DNA of 64,000 bases, from positions 1,824,001 through 1,888,000 of the forward strand of contig OY970176.1 in the NCBI GenBank assembly GCA_963707955.1. The letters are read 5' to 3'. The stretch is from Candidatus Bathyarchaeota archaeon. GTDB taxonomy: Archaea > Thermoproteota > Bathyarchaeia > Bathyarchaeales > Bathycorpusculaceae. Of this stretch, positions 39,471 to 49,263 are shown in pieces. The position numbers and the translations under genes are program-made. The notes beneath the pieces were generated by a model. That model was given only the letters and a program-made list of their open reading frames with translations. It was not told the origin of the DNA and made no database searches. Within the stretch, counting starts at the first letter, position 1. Every line of letters starts with the position of its first letter.

Positions 39471-40715
39471 ATGGCAACCACTAATTCCGTGAAACAGCAC
39501 AAACTGAGGAAACTCATGGCGTGGTTGTCAGACAAAGAGGGAAGGGGAATGGAGTTCATCTCGCTCTACATACCTCGGGAGAAATCAATAGATGAGATAG
39601 TCGCAATGCTCAAGGAGGAGTCTGATTCTGTTGTCATGAAATCTGAGAGCGTTAGGGATCGCCTTCAAGACGCTCTCAAGATTGTAATTCAGCGCTTGAA
39701 GCTGCAGAAGGAAATTCCAGAGAATGGGCTCGCAATATTTGCCGGAACCTACGCCGCGAACGATCCGAAAAGCGAAGTTTTGAACGTTGAAGAGCTCGTC
39801 CCACCAGAGCCGATTACCGCCTGTCTTTACGAGGTTGACGACCATTTTCGGTTAGAGCCGCTGAGGGAAATGCTGAGAGACCAAAGAGTTGTGGGGCTTG
39901 TCGCCATAGATTCAAAGGAGGCTAGCTTTGGGATACTCGACGGTGAACGCCTCGAATTAATTGAAAATATCACGTCGGGGATTCCAGGAAAGTCTGGAAA
40001 GGGCGGGATGAGCCAAAGGAGGTACGAAAGAGAACGAGATATGGAACTCACACAATATTTCCACAGGGTTGCGGAGCACGCAGCAAAGGCATTTCTCGAA
40101 AACCATAAAGTCACGGTGTTGATAGTTGGAGGACCTGGTCCAACGAAAGAGGATTTCTTAAAGGGTGATTACCTTCATTATGAGCTAAAGAATGCGCTTC
40201 TTTCCATAGTTGATACGCAATCCGCCGGCAGAGAAGGGGTGAGAGAGGTGCTTGGCAAATCATCTGAGGCACTGAAGAATATGTGTGCGCCAGAGCAGAA
40301 GAGGACCGTGCAGCGCCTTCTGGCAGATGTGGGCAAGCAAGACGGTTTGGCTATTTGCGGCCTAGATTCAGTGTTGAACGCGCTTAAGAATGGTGAAGTA
40401 GAAGTTGTACTAGTGACAGATAGTACAGATATGATTGAAATTGTTGTAATGTGCAAAAGATGCGAACTGTCAAGGGCGAAGATAGTGGATAAGGAGAAGA
40501 AGGTTCAAACTGTACAGGAAATGATATCGCGCCCATGCGAGAAGTGCAACGCGGTTGAATTCGAGGTGGAGGAGAAGGACATAATAGATGTCTTAGAGGA
40601 TGTGGCTTCACAGACAGACGCAAGGGTTGAGGTGATATCTTCAGAGTCGGAAGAAAAAGCAAAGCTCACAGCTTTGGGAGGCTTTGCCGCTCTCTTGAGA
40701 TACAGACCTAGATAA
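39471..40715 (+). CDS. aRF1/eRF1-family release factor paralog with GGQ replaced by GGM
   Basis: KEGRGMEFISLYIP, IPENGLAIFAG, PGKSGKGGMSQRRYER, GGPGPTK, Zn minidomain, GGFAALLRY; likely start MATTNS. Confidence 0.9.
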   Translation: MATTNSVKQHKLRKLMAWLSDKEGRGMEFISLYIPREKSIDEIVAMLKEESDSVVMKSESVRDRLQDALKIVIQRLKLQKEIPENGLAIFAGTYAANDPKSEVLNVEELVPPEPITACLYEVDDHFRLEPLREMLRDQRVVGLVAIDSKEASFGILDGERLELIENITSGIPGKSGKGGMSQRRYERERDMELTQYFHRVAEHAAKAFLENHKVTVLIVGGPGPTKEDFLKGDYLHYELKNALLSIVDTQSAGREGVREVLGKSSEALKNMCAPEQKRTVQRLLADVGKQDGLAICGLDSVLNALKNGEVEVVLVTDSTDMIEIVVMCKRCELSRAKIVDKEKKVQTVQEMISRPCEKCNAVEFEVEEKDIIDVLEDVASQTDARVEVISSESEEKAKLTALGGFAALLRYRPR

Positions 40716-41073
40716 AGTGGAATGAGAATCGCGAGAACCTTTTCCGGGCGTTTTATCTGGGAACATTTAACTCCGAAACGGGGTCAGAGTTTTGAGATCG
40801 ATCGATTGGAATACGAGTTTATCCGGGAGTCTGGAGAGCTCCTCGCAGGCCTTTGGTGTATGGGGCACTTGATTTAAACAGGTGAAGCGTGTTAGAAGGC
40901 GACGATGAACTCGACGAATGACGATCCAGACGAAAAGAACGAAGCGCAAGAGGAATCTGAGGCGATAGAGCAGGAGCATGAGGTGGACGCCGCTGGAGAT
41001 GTCAAGCCAGTGGAGCGCGCGCGTCAAAAGGATAAAAGTAACAAAATCACATAAATCTTGATGAAGCTGGATC

Positions 41074-42339
41074 ATGTCTAAGATAATGAAGATCAGGTCA
41101 AGGGAAATCCTTGATTCGAGGGGCAACCCAACTGTCGAAGCTGACGTGTTCACAAACGGAGGGTTGTCAAGGGTTTCTGTTCCTTCTGGTGCAAGCACAG
41201 GCGAGTACGAAGCTTTTGAGCTCAGGGATGGCGGGAGGCGTTATTTGGGGAAGGGAGTTCTGAAAGCCGTTAGTAATGTTAACAATGTTATAGCAAAGAA
41301 GATTGTCGGACGGGATTGTACAAAACAGAAAGAGGCAGACGAGTTGATGATAGATTTGGATGGAACTCCTAACAAGTCCAACTTAGGGGCTAATGCTATT
41401 CTCGCGGTCAGCATGGCAATATGCAAAGCGGGAGCTTTGGAGTCGAACTTGTCTCTTTATGAATATATTGCTGAGCTTGTGGATTCAAGAGGTGTGACTT
41501 TGCCTATTCCTCAGATGAACGTGATTAACGGTGGGATGCACGCTGGTATGAAAAATGATTTTCAAGAACACATGATAGTCCCGTTCGGAGCTAAAACTTT
41601 CTCTGACGCTCTAAGAATGTGCTCGGAAACTTATCACACTCTAAAGAAAAACCTGAAAGAAAAGTTTGGAAACTCCGCGATACAAGTTGGTGATGAAGGA
41701 GACTTCGTTCCTCCCTTGAAAAGCGTCGATGAGAGGCTCAAATTCATGTCAGAAGCGGTGGAAGAACTTGGCTACACGAAAGAATTCGCTCTAGCAATAG
41801 ACGCTGCAGCATCTGAATTCTATGGTGAGGGGCGTTATAACATCATGGGAAAAGAATACTCTTCTGCAGAATTAACGGATTTCTATTCTGAGCTGTGTGG
41901 AAAATTCAGGATAGTGTCAGTCGAGGATGGCTTGAGCGAAGACGATTGGGATGGCTGGATTAAGTTGAAATCCGAACTGGGGAAAAAAATTCAGATTGTC
42001 GGAGACGATCTTCTGGTTACGAATGTTGAGAGAATTAGAAAAGCAATTAAATTAGATGCTTGCAATGCTTTGCTACTGAAACTCAATCAGATCGGAACCG
42101 TTACCGAAGCCCTAGATGCTTTTAAATCAGCCAGAAAAGCCGGGTGGAACGTTATCGTTTCTCACAGATCAGGAAGCACTGAGGAAACTTTCTTTGCGGA
42201 TTTGGTTGTTGGCTTAGATGCGGGGCAATTCAAGTATGGCGCTCCCGCAAGAAGTGAGAGGACTTGTAACTATAACCAACTGCTCAGGATTGAAGAAGAA
42301 TTAGAGGGAAAAGCCGAGTATTCAAAGATTTTCGGGTAA
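41074..42339 (+). CDS. eno: Enolase
   Basis: DSRGNPTVE, VPSGASTG, IVGDDL, LLKLNQIGT, SHRSG, ARSER. Confidence 0.97.
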   Translation: MSKIMKIRSREILDSRGNPTVEADVFTNGGLSRVSVPSGASTGEYEAFELRDGGRRYLGKGVLKAVSNVNNVIAKKIVGRDCTKQKEADELMIDLDGTPNKSNLGANAILAVSMAICKAGALESNLSLYEYIAELVDSRGVTLPIPQMNVINGGMHAGMKNDFQEHMIVPFGAKTFSDALRMCSETYHTLKKNLKEKFGNSAIQVGDEGDFVPPLKSVDERLKFMSEAVEELGYTKEFALAIDAAASEFYGEGRYNIMGKEYSSAELTDFYSELCGKFRIVSVEDGLSEDDWDGWIKLKSELGKKIQIVGDDLLVTNVERIRKAIKLDACNALLLKLNQIGTVTEALDAFKSARKAGWNVIVSHRSGSTEETFFADLVVGLDAGQFKYGAPARSERTCNYNQLLRIEEELEGKAEYSKIFG

Positions 42340-42364
42340 ACCAGATTTTGGAGATGACTTTTGA

Positions 42365-43684
42365 GTGAAAGACACAGAATTTTCTTTTGGAGACGCAATG
42401 ATCCCTCAACAGAGGATCCTCGAAACGGCAAAAATGTTAAGACCTGAGATTAGAAATATGGCGAATGCTATTTCTGGAGGCTACGAAGGTGATATGGCTT
42501 CGCTATATCTGCCTGATGATAGACTCATGTTAGGCAAAGTCAGACAAGTCATAGGCAAGAATCTGCAACTGAAGCCGGTTTACCTCGTTGTCGTGGGCAT
42601 TGGCGGCAGCAATCTAGGGACGATAGCTGTTCAGGAAGCTGTTCTTGGAAAACTGTACAATCAATTGACGGCGTCTACAAAGGTATTGTATGCCGACACA
42701 GTTGATTCAGACGGCATTAACAACATAATCACGCTGGCCAAGCCTGTATTAGAAAGAGGAGGTAACATCGCACTGAATGTGATAAGCAAGTCGGGAACTA
42801 CGACGGAAACGATAGCTAACGCCGAGGTGCTCATAGATTTATTACGACGGCACAAGAAAAATTACAAAAATTGTATTAATGTTACTTCAGATAAAGATTC
42901 AGAACTGTGGAACATTGCTGTCAGAGAAGGATTCAATGTTCTAGAAATACCGAAGAAAGTTGGCGGAAGGTATTCTGTCTTTTCGTCTGTAGGTCTGTTT
43001 CCTCTCGGATTACTGGGAATAAATATTGAACAATTATTGGATGGAGCAAGATCCATCAGAGATGCCTGTATTAATATGAATGTCGAAAAGAATCCCGCAG
43101 CGATAAGTGCAATTGTACAATATCTGCATTACAAGAGCGGAAAGAACATATATGACTTGTTTCTGTTCGCGAATGATTTGGAGTCTTTAGGCAAATGGTA
43201 TAGGCAATTAATGGCTGAAAGCCTAGGCAAAGAGTTTAACAAGAAGGGGGAAAGAGTGAACATTGGCATGACTCCAACTGTCTCAATAGGTTCGACGGAT
43301 TTGCATTCAACGGCGCAACTCTATCTTGGAGGTCCATACGATAAATTCACAACGTTCGTGAGGATCAAAAACAGTCGTTCATGTTTAAAAGTGCCAAGTG
43401 TTGAAGGCTACTCGGAGCTAGTTTCTGAGATTCATGGTAAGAGTCTGATGGATATAATGGATGCGACATTGGAAGGAACAAAGGCGGCTTTTAGGAGCGG
43501 CAAGAGACCATTCATCGAGATAACTCTGCCTGACAAATCGGAGCACTCCGTAGGCCAGTTGTTACAGTTCAAGATGATAGAAACCATGTACTTAGGACGA
43601 TTGTTAGATGTAAATCCTTTTGACCAGCCAAACGTTGAAAGCTACAAAAGGGAAACCCGAAAAATACTGGCAGAACAAAACTGA
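42365..43684 (+). CDS. pgi: Glucose-6-phosphate isomerase (PGI superfamily, bacterial-like)
   Basis: GIGGSNLG, SKSGTTTET, VGGRYSV, QLMAESLGK, DLHS, PFDQPNVESYK. Confidence 0.93.
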   Translation: MKDTEFSFGDAMIPQQRILETAKMLRPEIRNMANAISGGYEGDMASLYLPDDRLMLGKVRQVIGKNLQLKPVYLVVVGIGGSNLGTIAVQEAVLGKLYNQLTASTKVLYADTVDSDGINNIITLAKPVLERGGNIALNVISKSGTTTETIANAEVLIDLLRRHKKNYKNCINVTSDKDSELWNIAVREGFNVLEIPKKVGGRYSVFSSVGLFPLGLLGINIEQLLDGARSIRDACINMNVEKNPAAISAIVQYLHYKSGKNIYDLFLFANDLESLGKWYRQLMAESLGKEFNKKGERVNIGMTPTVSIGSTDLHSTAQLYLGGPYDKFTTFVRIKNSRSCLKVPSVEGYSELVSEIHGKSLMDIMDATLEGTKAAFRSGKRPFIEITLPDKSEHSVGQLLQFKMIETMYLGRLLDVNPFDQPNVESYKRETRKILAEQN

Positions 43685-43749
43685 TGTCAGTAAACTCAAA
43701 GTTGGGTACTTCGCTCGGGCGAAATTTCACGAGGGAGAGTGAGGAAAAA

Positions 43750-44643
43750 TTATGTCGCTAATACTCTTGCCAGATTCAGGAAACTCAAATCCAAAGGCTT
43801 TTCTGTCTTGCATGATTCTTCGAGCCCTATGCTCTTTATTTTGCCATTCCGCAACACAACCGCCCTGCTTCCTCGTCCCTTAGATAACAGTTTAACCGCT
43901 TCATCTGCGAATAGACTGGCCAAAAGTCTGCTTCTCGCCGATGGATTGCCGCCTCTCTGAGTGTAGCCCAAAACGCTAAGCCTCACTTCTGCTCCCGTAG
44001 CTTTCTCAAGTTCACTCGCAAGCTGACGGTTGTCTCCGATTCCTTCCGCTGCAACAATTATGCCTGACCTTTTTCCTCTTTCTTTCGTTTCTCTAATAGT
44101 TCTGAAGATTTTTTCATTTTCGTATTTAACCCCCATGACTTCAACTATGAAGATTCTCTCGATGGAGACTGCTGTGTCTCGAATCTTATCGATTTCGGTT
44201 ACTGCCGTATTTACTGCTGTGTCAAATCCTATAGTTTCGTCCGTTCCGAAAACGTCGTTGTCAATTGACGCTGGAACCCCTACGATTGACGTGCCGGTTT
44301 CTTTGCTTAGTTCTAGGGCTCCTTGGAAGGAGCCGTTACCACCAATAACAATAAGGCCATCGACATTGTTTAATGCAAGGGTTTCGGCAGCTTTCTTGAT
44401 TGCTTCATTCTTTTTGAATTCTGGGCATCTTGACGTATGAAGGATGGTTCCGCCCAAGTGTAATATTCCACCAACGGAGCGGGGGGTCAACCGTCTAGAC
44501 GAGTTTGTTAGCAAGCCTTCCCAACCCCTTTCAAAGCCTATAACTTCGAAGTTTTTTGAGTGGGCAATTCGGACAACGCCTCGAATAGCTGCGTTCATGC
44601 CTGGCGCGTCTCCGCCACTTGTAACCACAGCTATAATCTTCAA
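43750..44643 (-). CDS. pfkA: PfkA-family 6-phosphofructokinase with an internal in-frame deletion (possible pseudogene)
   Basis: TSGGDAPGMNA, GGTIL, GGNGS, SIDND, GFDTA, LGYTQRGG; the segment after VEVMG is missing. Confidence 0.88.
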   Translation of the reverse strand: MKIIAVVTSGGDAPGMNAAIRGVVRIAHSKNFEVIGFERGWEGLLTNSSRRLTPRSVGGILHLGGTILHTSRCPEFKKNEAIKKAAETLALNNVDGLIVIGGNGSFQGALELSKETGTSIVGVPASIDNDVFGTDETIGFDTAVNTAVTEIDKIRDTAVSIERIFIVEVMGVKYENEKIFRTIRETKERGKRSGIIVAAEGIGDNRQLASELEKATGAEVRLSVLGYTQRGGNPSARSRLLASLFADEAVKLLSKGRGSRAVVLRNGKIKSIGLEESCKTEKPLDLSFLNLARVLAT

Positions 44644-44781
44644 CCATCATTCCCTCATATCGACAAAACGCATAGGAATGTTTTAGCTTTTCTCTTCACC
44701 TTTTGAAAAGACCTACTGGCTTAGCGCCCACCAAGAGTGCGAGACAAAAAGCTTAAGAAAAGCAATACCGCAAGCTAGTTC

Positions 44782-45219
44782 ATGCCAGAGTTCTGTTTTG
44801 AAGGTACTGCCAGCTGGAAAAGCGGAACCGAATGCGATCTGACAATCAAAGGCAAGCGCTTCATTACTGTCAGTCCTCCGCCTGATTTTGGCGGAAAACA
44901 AGGATACTGCGTTCCAGAAGAGGTGTTTGCAGCTTCACTTGCATCCTGCATGAACACGATATTCCTTCTAATCGCGGGCAATTCTAAGCTGGGGCTCAAG
45001 AAATTGGAGACCAAAGCCGCTGTGAAAATGAACGCTGAAGGACTGGAAAAACTAATTTTCACTCATATACACTTCGCCATCACCGTGAAGCTAGAAAATG
45101 ACAATGAACGAGAAAGGAGAAAGGCCCACTCCATCTATGAAAAAGCCGAGAAGATATGCCCCCTGACACAATCATGGGGAGAAAAAGTCCCAATAAGCTT
45201 TGAACTAAACCTCGAGTAG
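44782..45219 (+). CDS. OsmC-family protein
   Basis: PPPDFGG...PEEVFAASLASC...AEKICP. Confidence 0.88.
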   Translation: MPEFCFEGTASWKSGTECDLTIKGKRFITVSPPPDFGGKQGYCVPEEVFAASLASCMNTIFLLIAGNSKLGLKKLETKAAVKMNAEGLEKLIFTHIHFAITVKLENDNERERRKAHSIYEKAEKICPLTQSWGEKVPISFELNLE

Positions 45220-45327
45220 CATACTTCACAGACTGAATGCCCACCAGCACCGCGCGCTTTCTACGTGACTCGTTTCAACAGACAACGCGCGTGAACGCCA
45301 ACCTTCACGCGAAACGATAATAAGTGC

Positions 45328-46571
45328 TCAATTCCCCATTGCAAGGAGTGATTTGTAAATATCTAGTGTTTGTTCGGCAACCTTTCTCCAAGTGAAATAT
45401 TCTAACACTCGTTTGCGACCGTTTTCGCCCCACGCTCTTGCTCTTTGTGGATCCTTAAGCACTTCTTTTATTGCCCAGGCTATGTCGACCGGATCTTCGC
45501 CATTAACGTGAATTCCATTTTGATCTGGACCTGAAGAAATGACTTGCTCACGGAAACCGACTACTCCATGAGCACCAACAACGATTGGCTTTGCCATTGA
45601 CATAGCCTCTAGGCTAACTATGCCGAACGGTTCGTAGACCGATGGAAAAATGCCGATGTCAGCAGCGGCATAATGCAGGATCCTTTCGTCTTCGGGCACA
45701 AACTCAAAACGACATGTTCTCCCTGATTCCAAGCCGGGCTGCCATCTCGATAATGTCTTTCTGCTCTTCGCCCTTGCCCAAGATGACAAGTTTCGTTTTC
45801 GGATAGTCCTTTAGAACCATCGGCATAGCTTGCACAAGGTTCCTAACACTCTTGACCCATGTGAGCCTGCCAACAAACAAGAGCAAATTCCAGTCCCTGG
45901 GAACACCATATCTTTCTCTTATTCCATCAACCCAGTCTTGATTGCAATTCTGTGGATTATACCGTTCTGGGTCTACTCCGTTCCAGACGACGCTGATTTT
46001 TGATTCGGTCCATCCGTGGCGAACAAGATCGTCTCTCATTGCATAGCTCACTGTGATTATCCGGTCTGCCAATTGCGCTGTGGCTCGCTCGAGATGCGAA
46101 ACCACTTCAGAGCCTCCTCCTCCGCTTCTGCCCCACTCAGTGCTGTGAACATGAAAAACTACGGGGATTTTTGTTTCGTTCTTCGTTATGATGCCTGCGA
46201 TGCTGCTTAGCCAGTCATGAACACAGACAATGTCGAACTTGTGCCCTTCTTCCTTGATCAACCTGTTGATGAACTTAGTTGCGCTTAAGACGTTGTAAAT
46301 GAAAATGTCGCTAAAGAACCGGATGTTTGTCCCCCACTTCAGCAAATCATTGGTAACGAACATTGGAAATACGTTACTTGCATCGGCGATGATTGGACGA
46401 TGAACTTCTACTCCTTCCAAAGTCTCTGATGTTCGGATTTCCAGGATTAAGAGTGAAAACAGAGACATCGTGGCCTAACTCAACATACTCGCGAGTTATG
46501 TATTCTGCATACGTGCCCAAACCACCAACTAGCTGGGGTGGATACTCTAATACAAAAAAACCGATCCTCAA
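45328..46571 (-). CDS. GT4 glycosyltransferase (glycogen-synthase-like), two frameshifts (~46440, ~45710)
   Basis: EYPPQLVGGLG; HDWL...HVHSTEWGR...NGVD...FVGRL; PSVYEPFGIVSLEAM, spread over three ORFs. Confidence 0.85.
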
Positions 46572-46922
46572 CCAACTTCACCTCTCAAGTCTGTTACATC
46601 TGACGCGAAGACAGATTTTACTCTTGCTTCAGCAGCGTATCCCAATGGAACGTTAACAGCCGCAACAATTATGAAAAAGAAACGTTGAGCGCGCGCTTGA
46701 TCTAATCACGTCTCCCGCTAAAACCCCTAGCCCGCCGCTGTATGTTGGCATGTCACTCTTTGCACCGATTTCACTCACACCACACTACACTCTTTATCAG
46801 TAGCGCGCGCTAGCGTGTCTTGCCTAATTACTCTTATGGCACTTTTGCATTAGTAGGACATAGGTGGTAAAGATTTATCTCCAAAATCAACAATAGTACG
46901 GGTAGCTGTTAGAGGTGGTTCT

Positions 46923-47882
46923 TTGTCGGCCAGCACATATTCTCATGCTCCAAAGGTCGCTGTAATCGGAGCAGGATTTGTAGGATCATCGTTTGCCTAC
47001 TCTCTGATGATTCATGGAACTGTGTCAGAGATAGTGCTCATTGACGTTGATAAGAAAAGAGCTGAGGGTGAGGCTATGGATCTGAACCATGGTGTGTCCT
47101 TCGTTCAACCTGTCAGAGTCTGGGCTGGAGACTACCAAGATTGTCAAGACGCGGACATTGTTGTTATCACCGCCGGGCTGGCCCAAAAGCCGGGTGAATC
47201 CCGCTTGGACTTGGTGACAAGCAATGTTGGGATTTTTAGACAAATCATCCCAAGAATAAAGGAATACAACAGAACGGGCATCCTTCTGGTTGCCACAAAT
47301 CCTGTTGACTTGATGACTTATGCAGCCTTGAAACTCTCAGGTTTTCCGTCTAGCAGGGTGATTGGTTCTGGCACAATATTAGACACGTCACGTTTGCGGT
47401 ACCTACTAGGAGAGCACCTCAAAGTTGATCCAAGGAACGTTCACGCCTACATTATCGGCGAGCATGGAGACAGCGAAGTACCCGCTTGGAGCTTGGCAAG
47501 CATTGCAGGCACGAGGCTTAAGGATTACAGTGCAGTTCTCGGCCAAGGGCTTGATGACCTATATTTGAACAACCTGTTTGAGCAGGTGAAAAACGCGGCT
47601 TACAAGATTATTGAGCTTAAGGGAAGAACATACTACGCTATTGGGCTTGGCCTTACCAAAATCGTTGAAAGCATAATTCGCGATGAAAACGCGATACTCA
47701 CAGTTTCAAGTCTACTCCACGACTATTACGGGGTGGACGATATTTGTCTTAGCGTTCCAACAATCGTGAACAGAAACGGCGTGAGAGAAGTTTTGAAACT
47801 ACCCTTGACGGAAGAGGAAATCACCATGCTTCAGAGTTCAGCGTCGACGCTCAAGAACATCGTGAAGTCGCTGACTCTTTAA
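46923..47882 (+). CDS. ldh: NAD-dependent L-lactate dehydrogenase
   Basis: GAGFVG, AQKPGESRLDL (Gln at the specificity position, whereas MDH has Arg), NPVD, LDTSR, GEHGDS, KGRTYYAIG. Confidence 0.9.
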   Translation: MSASTYSHAPKVAVIGAGFVGSSFAYSLMIHGTVSEIVLIDVDKKRAEGEAMDLNHGVSFVQPVRVWAGDYQDCQDADIVVITAGLAQKPGESRLDLVTSNVGIFRQIIPRIKEYNRTGILLVATNPVDLMTYAALKLSGFPSSRVIGSGTILDTSRLRYLLGEHLKVDPRNVHAYIIGEHGDSEVPAWSLASIAGTRLKDYSAVLGQGLDDLYLNNLFEQVKNAAYKIIELKGRTYYAIGLGLTKIVESIIRDENAILTVSSLLHDYYGVDDICLSVPTIVNRNGVREVLKLPLTEEEITMLQSSASTLKNIVKSLTL

Positions 47883-47979
47883 GTATCAATATCCTTTGCT
47901 CTTTGAACAGTTTAAAGACTTAGTAGCTTTCAGATATCTTTAAATTGCCACGGCAAACACACCTTAAGAAGGTGTTAGT

Positions 47980-48258
47980 GTGCGTCCATCTGAATTGCAA
48001 GGAAAGAGTGTCGTTGGAACGGGAGCAAAAATACTAGGATCTGTTTCAGACATTGAATTCGACCCAGCAGAATGGAAAGTGACCCATCTGCGAATAGAGT
48101 TGACTGATGAAGCAGTCAAAACGTTAGGCTACAAGAAACCATTTATGGGGCACGTGGAAATTCTGCTTTCGGTGGGTGCAGTAAAGGCTGTAGCTGATGT
48201 TGTGACTCTTACTAACACAATAGCAGAACTAAAGGATTTTATCGAACCTACAAAATGA
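47980..48258 (+). CDS. PRC-barrel domain protein
   Basis: SELQGKSVV...LGSVSDIEFD..EWKV...VKAVADVVTL. Confidence 0.85.
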   Translation: MRPSELQGKSVVGTGAKILGSVSDIEFDPAEWKVTHLRIELTDEAVKTLGYKKPFMGHVEILLSVGAVKAVADVVTLTNTIAELKDFIEPTK

Positions 48259-48439
48259 GCGCCCACACGAAAGTATCAGCGGCTGATGCAACGCGCACGC
48301 TGGCTATTTTGCAAAGGCAATTCTGGCCGTCGTTAAGCTCTTTGAACCGCCTGATAAAAAAGAAATTGTCATTCAAGCCCGCTTTGCTCATCAGGAACCG
48401 TTCTTCCGATGGTCTCAATCAGCGGTTGTCTGTAACACG

Positions 48440-48718
48440 ATGTCTTATGCTGTGAACGCGATTCTATCACCATTATTCAGGCTTGGGGAAATGATTATAC
48501 GGCACCACACCAGCACTCATAATGGGAGGGTGGAGATCTTGGTTAAGAACTTAAAAGTGGTTTGTGTTCAGACTATAAATGGTGAAAAGCATTATGTCGT
48601 TCATAGTTTTGAGGGTAATGAAAATCCAGCTGGCAGTATAGATTTTGATGAGGCTAAGATCAGAATGATCACGAAAAAAGAAGCCTCTAAGCCACTTCTT
48701 CTATTACGTGCAGAATGA
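48440..48718 (+). CDS. Hypothetical protein (start probably later)
   Basis: ORF without recognised motif. Confidence 0.4.
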   Translation: MSYAVNAILSPLFRLGEMIIRHHTSTHNGRVEILVKNLKVVCVQTINGEKHYVVHSFEGNENPAGSIDFDEAKIRMITKKEASKPLLLLRAE

Positions 48719-48834
48719 AATCATCGTAGCGTAGGCTTAAACAAAAAATGCCAAGATTCTACAATGCGTTCCTGTAGATATGCGTAGCGTGAAACTGGTT
48801 AGAGGGAGGTGAGGAGTTAACGAGTGCGAAAAAA

Positions 48835-49170
48835 GTGGCTGAAAAGACGATTAGCGCAGAGTTAGTCTCAAAAATTCTGAGAACCGTTTCCTTGACAGAG
48901 GCATTCCATTTCTTTACAGACATCGGGCAATATGACGGAAAATCTGCCACTTCACTGGCCGATTTCTCCGAGAAGCTAAAGACAGCACCATTGAAGTCGA
49001 TAGAGTTCCACTTTAAACGAGGAGACTTTGAACGGTGGACCAGGGAGACGCTGGGCGACGAGTACCTTGCAGATGGAATAGGCAGAATCGACAAATCGGT
49101 TCAGGGAGAAGCATTGAGAAAAGCCATACAAAGAACTGTTGAAAACCGCCTCTACCACCTCAAACAATAA
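48835..49170 (+). CDS. DUF5752-like protein
   Basis: ILRTV...AFHFFTDIGQY.G.SA.SL.DF...SIEFHF.RGDFERW....LGD..LA. Confidence 0.75.
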   Translation: MAEKTISAELVSKILRTVSLTEAFHFFTDIGQYDGKSATSLADFSEKLKTAPLKSIEFHFKRGDFERWTRETLGDEYLADGIGRIDKSVQGEALRKAIQRTVENRLYHLKQ

Positions 49171-49263
49171 GAACAGTGACGGTCACAAGCGCGTGCCTAG
49201 AACGCGCGAGCAACGAGCAGATTACAAATCATAGCCCATTTTCACCAAGAAAATGAGCAGCCT

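Noticed and set aside
40767-41198. Minus-strand 143-aa ORF and the many other antisense ORFs in the track
   Set aside because: Shadow frames of well-supported genes with no motifs
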